This document shows positions 59,822 to 64,000 of a stretch of DNA of 64,000 bases, one piece after another. The stretch covers positions 2,108,001-2,172,000 of the forward strand of contig AP026164.1 in the NCBI GenBank assembly GCA_030295235.1, written 5' to 3'. Each line of letters opens with the position of its first letter. Position 1 is the first letter of the stretch. The translations under genes were made by a program, and so were the position numbers. The stretch comes from Fistulifera solaris (Eukaryota). The notes under the pieces were generated by a model. The model saw nothing but the letters and a program-made list of their open reading frames with translations. It ran no database searches and had not been told where the DNA came from.

Positions 59822-62800
59822 ATGTCAAAAGAAGACGACGAGCATTCCTGGAGTGTCGATGGCGGCGACTCTTCCGAAGGCGATGATCGCCCCTACGGCA
59901 TGGACTCGATCGAGCAGGAAAAGGCGGAAGAGGCTGCGGTCGCGGACTTGACGCGTCGGGAGACGAGAGGAGTTCAAATGTGGAGAATTTTTACCTTACT
60001 TTCCTTAATTGCTGTCTCGGTGGCGGTTTCGACGATCACCTTTCGTCTGTTGCACGATCAGGAAAAGGATGAATTCGAAGATAGTGTACGTGTGAATCGA
60101 GCCGTAATACAGACTCTGTCGTCGTAGCAATGCACATCGAAACCTCATTATCGTTTCGCAGTACAAATTCTTTACAGCAGCCATTCAGAATGCGGCAAAC
60201 GTGCACGTACGTAATGTCTTCGGGACGAGCAAGATGACGGCGGGGCAGATTACGAAAGCGGCCGTCGAGACGGGTCAAACCTTTCCTTTCGTTACGGTAG
60301 ATCATTTTGAAATTCTCGGTCGACAATTCATTCAAACGTTGCAGGTCGAGCAAATCACGTGGAGCCCCTTGATTAATGTCGAAGAGTACGTGGCCTGGAC
60401 GAACTACTCGTCGGGAAAAATTGGCTGGCTGAATCAGTCGGTCGAACTCTACCTCGCCGGATCGGGAAGCGATCACACCGTGGAGGATTACAACTTTTCC
60501 GACACGAACTACGAAATTACAGCAGCTGGTGGGGATCTCAGCAGCGGACCGTGGTCGCCGATCTGGCAAACCTCGCCACCACCGTTCAACTCGGAACTCA
60601 TAAACGTTGATATGTATTCCCTCCCCGTGGCATTTGTCGAACAGAGCGCCATGAACACGCTCCGTAGGGGCGTCATGTCGGAGACAGGTAATCTGGAACA
60701 GGCTGCGGTGGAAGTGACTCTCAAATCTGCCAAGGATCTGCCGACAGAGCATGACGTGGACGAGCACGCAGCCGAGGAGGAAGAGCATCCCGATGAAGAT
60801 TTGGATGGGCATGATCATGGCGACAGTCATGGACATCAGATTGCTCATCCCCACTCTCTTATTTCCGAACCGGTCTTTGCAAGCTTGTTCGTGGAGAATA
60901 CGACCGAGATTGTCGGTTATGTCTATACATACTTCACCTGGGATCATTACATGATGAATTTGCTTCCAGAGAGTGTATCTGGAATCACTGTGGTGCTGAA
61001 AAACAGTTGTGGTCAATCGTTCAGTTACGCTCTAGATGGGCAATCGGTAGGTCATCGAGTTGTGAAGCCGTCTTACAAGAGCTGGAATGCGTTTGTTTCA
61101 ATTCTTTCACTCACCCACTCGTTTCCGCGCCTCCCATTATCTAAGGCCACCTACTTGGGAGTCGGCGACATGCACGATACCAATTATGATCACATGGAGA
61201 CCATTATTCCTTTCTTCAGTGTCAAGGATACGAGCGAAGAAGAAGCCTTGAAGAAAACCCCAGGACACTGCTTGTATTACCTCCACATATATCCCACTAG
61301 GGAATACGAAAATCGCTACGACACCACAAATCCAGTCAAGGCCACCACGGTGCTTGTATTTGCGTTCGCTTTCATGATTTCGGCGTTCCTAATGTACGAC
61401 TGTTTTGTTGTCCGAAGAAATAGGAAACTTTTGAACGCAATGACTCGAACCAACGCAATTGTATCTTCCTTGTTCCCCTCTAATGTTCGCGATCGCATCT
61501 TTGCCGACGCCAAAGAAGATAGAGACGAGAAAAAGGCCCTCAATGGGAAGAGTCGACTGAAGACGTTCTTATCGGGAAACGACGACGACGGTCTTGATGA
61601 CGATTTGGATGAGGACGATAAGTACATGTACAAAACCAAGCCCATTGCTGATCTTTTCCGGAAACCACAGTTCTTTTCGCGGGTAAGTCTATGTGGCAAG
61701 GAGACGCGAACGGCGCTATCGATTGAATCGCTAACGCGTGTTTCTCGAACCCTCAACTTTTCAGATTTGGCAGGATTCACAGCTTGGAGTTCCATGCGAG
61801 AGCCGACGCAAGTATTCATCTTATTGGAGACCATTTACAAGGCCATGGACGACATTGCCAAGGCCCGTCGTGTTTTCAAGGTCGAGACTGTTGGTGATTG
61901 CTATGTTGCGGTAACCGGTCTACCTGATCCTCGAAAGGATCACGCTGTTGCTATGTGTCGTTTTGCACTGGACTGTGTCCAGAAGATGAACGTTTTGACG
62001 AAGAAGTTGGAAGTGATTCTTGGCCCAGATACAACGGATCTCCAGATGCGAGTGGGTTTGCACAGCGGTCCTGTGACGGCTGGTGTTTTACGTGGTGAGC
62101 GCTCACGGTTCCAGCTGTTTGGTGATACAATGAATACAGCCAGTAGAATGGAGTCGAATGGGCTTCCGGGAAAAATTCACATGTCCCAGGAAACAGCAGA
62201 GCTTCTGGTTGCGGCAGGCAAAGAGCACTGGGTGATTCCTCGCTGAAGAGAAAGTAGTAGCAAAGGGCAAAGGCGAGCTGCAAACGTTCTGGCTGGTAAC
62301 TACCAAAGCGTCGAACAATACTCGGAGCGAGACGGCCTCAAGTGAGACTTCTGGCGAGCACAGTGAAGGTCTTGTTCCGGAGGCGGTCTTTGACACCGCC
62401 CGGTAATGGACGAAAAAACAGATCGTTTAGTGCAATGGAACGTCGAAGTCCTCGCCACTTTGTTGAAGAAAGTGGTGGCCAGGGCGTGAGGACATGATAC
62501 GTACCCAGGAATCGGCACGCGATGTTACATTTTCCAAAACTACAACAACACCGCTGGATGAAGTCCAAGAAATTATCCGATTGCCGGTGTTCAAGCCGGG
62601 GTACTGGTGCGGATATCAAAGACGTGGAACTAGGAGATGCAGTATTAGAGCAGCTGAGAGAGTATGTATCTGCAGTAGCATCCATGTATCGGAACAATCC
62701 TTTCCACAACTTTGAGCACGCTGTCGCACGTAACCATGTCCGTGGTCAAACTTCTTTCTCGTATTGTGAGCCCGATGTTGACGCCGGTCAACAGCGATTT

Positions 62801-63573
62801 GGAATCTACCTTGCATGATTACACATACGGCATCACATCGGATCCACTCACGCAGTTTGCTTGTGTGCTTTCGGCGTTGATTCACGATGTCGACCATCCT
62901 GGTGTACCGAACACGCAACTCGTCATTGAGAATCCCCAGCTCGCCAAGTTTTACAAGGACAAGAGCGTGGCTGAGCAAAACTCGGTCGATTTGTCCTGGG
63001 ATCTACTTCAAGACAGTACGTTTGACGACTTGAGGCTGGCGATATGTCCTACGGAGCATGATCGTATCAGATTCCGTCAGCTTGTGGTCAACTCAGTCAT
63101 GGCAACTGACATCATGGACAAAGACTTGAAAGCACTTGAAACAAACGCTGGGAAAAGGCTGCTATGGGAGACAATGCCGAAGAATCAGCAAAGGACGCTG
63201 TCGATCGGTAAGGCTACAATTGTGATTGAGCACTTGATCCAGGCGTCAGACGTCAGCGCACACCATGCAACACTGGCATATCTACAGAAAGTGGAACCAA
63301 AGATTGTTTGAAGAGCTGTACAGTGCCTATATTCAAGGTCGGTCTGCAAGCGACCCTTCTGAGAACTGGTACAAGGGCGAGATTGGTTTCTTTGACTTTT
63401 ACATCATTCCTTTGGCGAAGAAATTCGCGAATGCGGTGTGTTTGGCGTTTCCAGTGACGCAGTACTTGAACTATGCTGAAAAGAATCGACAGGAATGGGA
63501 AGCCAGAGGCATGGAAGTCGTCGCAGGCATGGTGGAAGCAGCGCACAAGAAATATGGTTCGAAGCCGATGTAG
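59822..63573 (+). CDS. Membrane class III nucleotide cyclase + phosphodiesterase fusion, copy 2; spliced, several apparent frameshifts
   Basis: Same architecture and intron positions as copy 1; DLAGFT, KVETVGDCY, VGLHSGPVTAGVL, FGDTMNTASRMES, HNFEH, HDVDHPG. Confidence 0.9.
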
Positions 63574-64000
63574 ATGTTTTGTACTCGCACAGCCGGATGA
63601 AAAGGGAATCAAATGAACGTAAACTTTAGTAAGACAATTTCAAAACAAGTATTTTTTCAATATATAATCAGCACTTACCGATTGGCCAAACTTTAGCGCT
63701 GAGTAAAGAGGTTTTCCTTCCCTCGTTCTCTTCTTCTTTGACAACTTTCTGATGCCAAGCCTGTGCGTCTTTAACTACTTTACTTCAAAGCTGACTTCAA
63801 TACACTCCTTTTCGTATATTCCATTCGCAGAGTTGCTCAAGGGAGGCGTTCATCGCTCATTCTATCATCCAAATGAATCATACAACAAACATTTTGCTTG
63901 CCGTGATGACGGAAGACTGAGTCATGATTCGAGACTGAGACCCGGCACAATTAAACTAGAAGAACCGCGAATCTTAGCTTGTTTGCAACGAAACAAGAGG

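Overview
Gene-dense eukaryotic nuclear DNA, very probably from a pennate diatom. The inference rests on short GT-AG introns of about 60-95 nt, signal peptide + AF/AW plastid-type presequences, and diatom-type cyclase-phosphodiesterase and secreted SET proteins. About 28 protein-coding genes are present. Many, including normally essential ones, carry single-base frameshifts, which I read as uncorrected assembly indels rather than pseudogenisation. Highlights: (1) a hidden SelM/Sep15-family selenoprotein (CSG-UGA) with a SECIS-like hairpin in its 3' UTR, whose active-site region the ORF track misses; (2) a head-to-head pair made of a siderophore-binding-protein-like gene (FBP1/DesE-like) and a two-lobed Cys-rich membrane protein, sharing an intergenic region with a CACGTG element, which is a candidate iron-uptake module; (3) a palindromic TACCWGGTA motif found 12 times, always outside coding regions; (4) two paralogous membrane cyclase-PDE fusion genes at the window ends, one with a His/acidic insert in its sensor region; (5) organelle-targeted bacterial-type TtcA and RlmN, tandem CAX genes, an SAP-domain INCENP and a thiolase with a PTS1-like end. 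All family calls come from motif recognition by eye; no database search was run.
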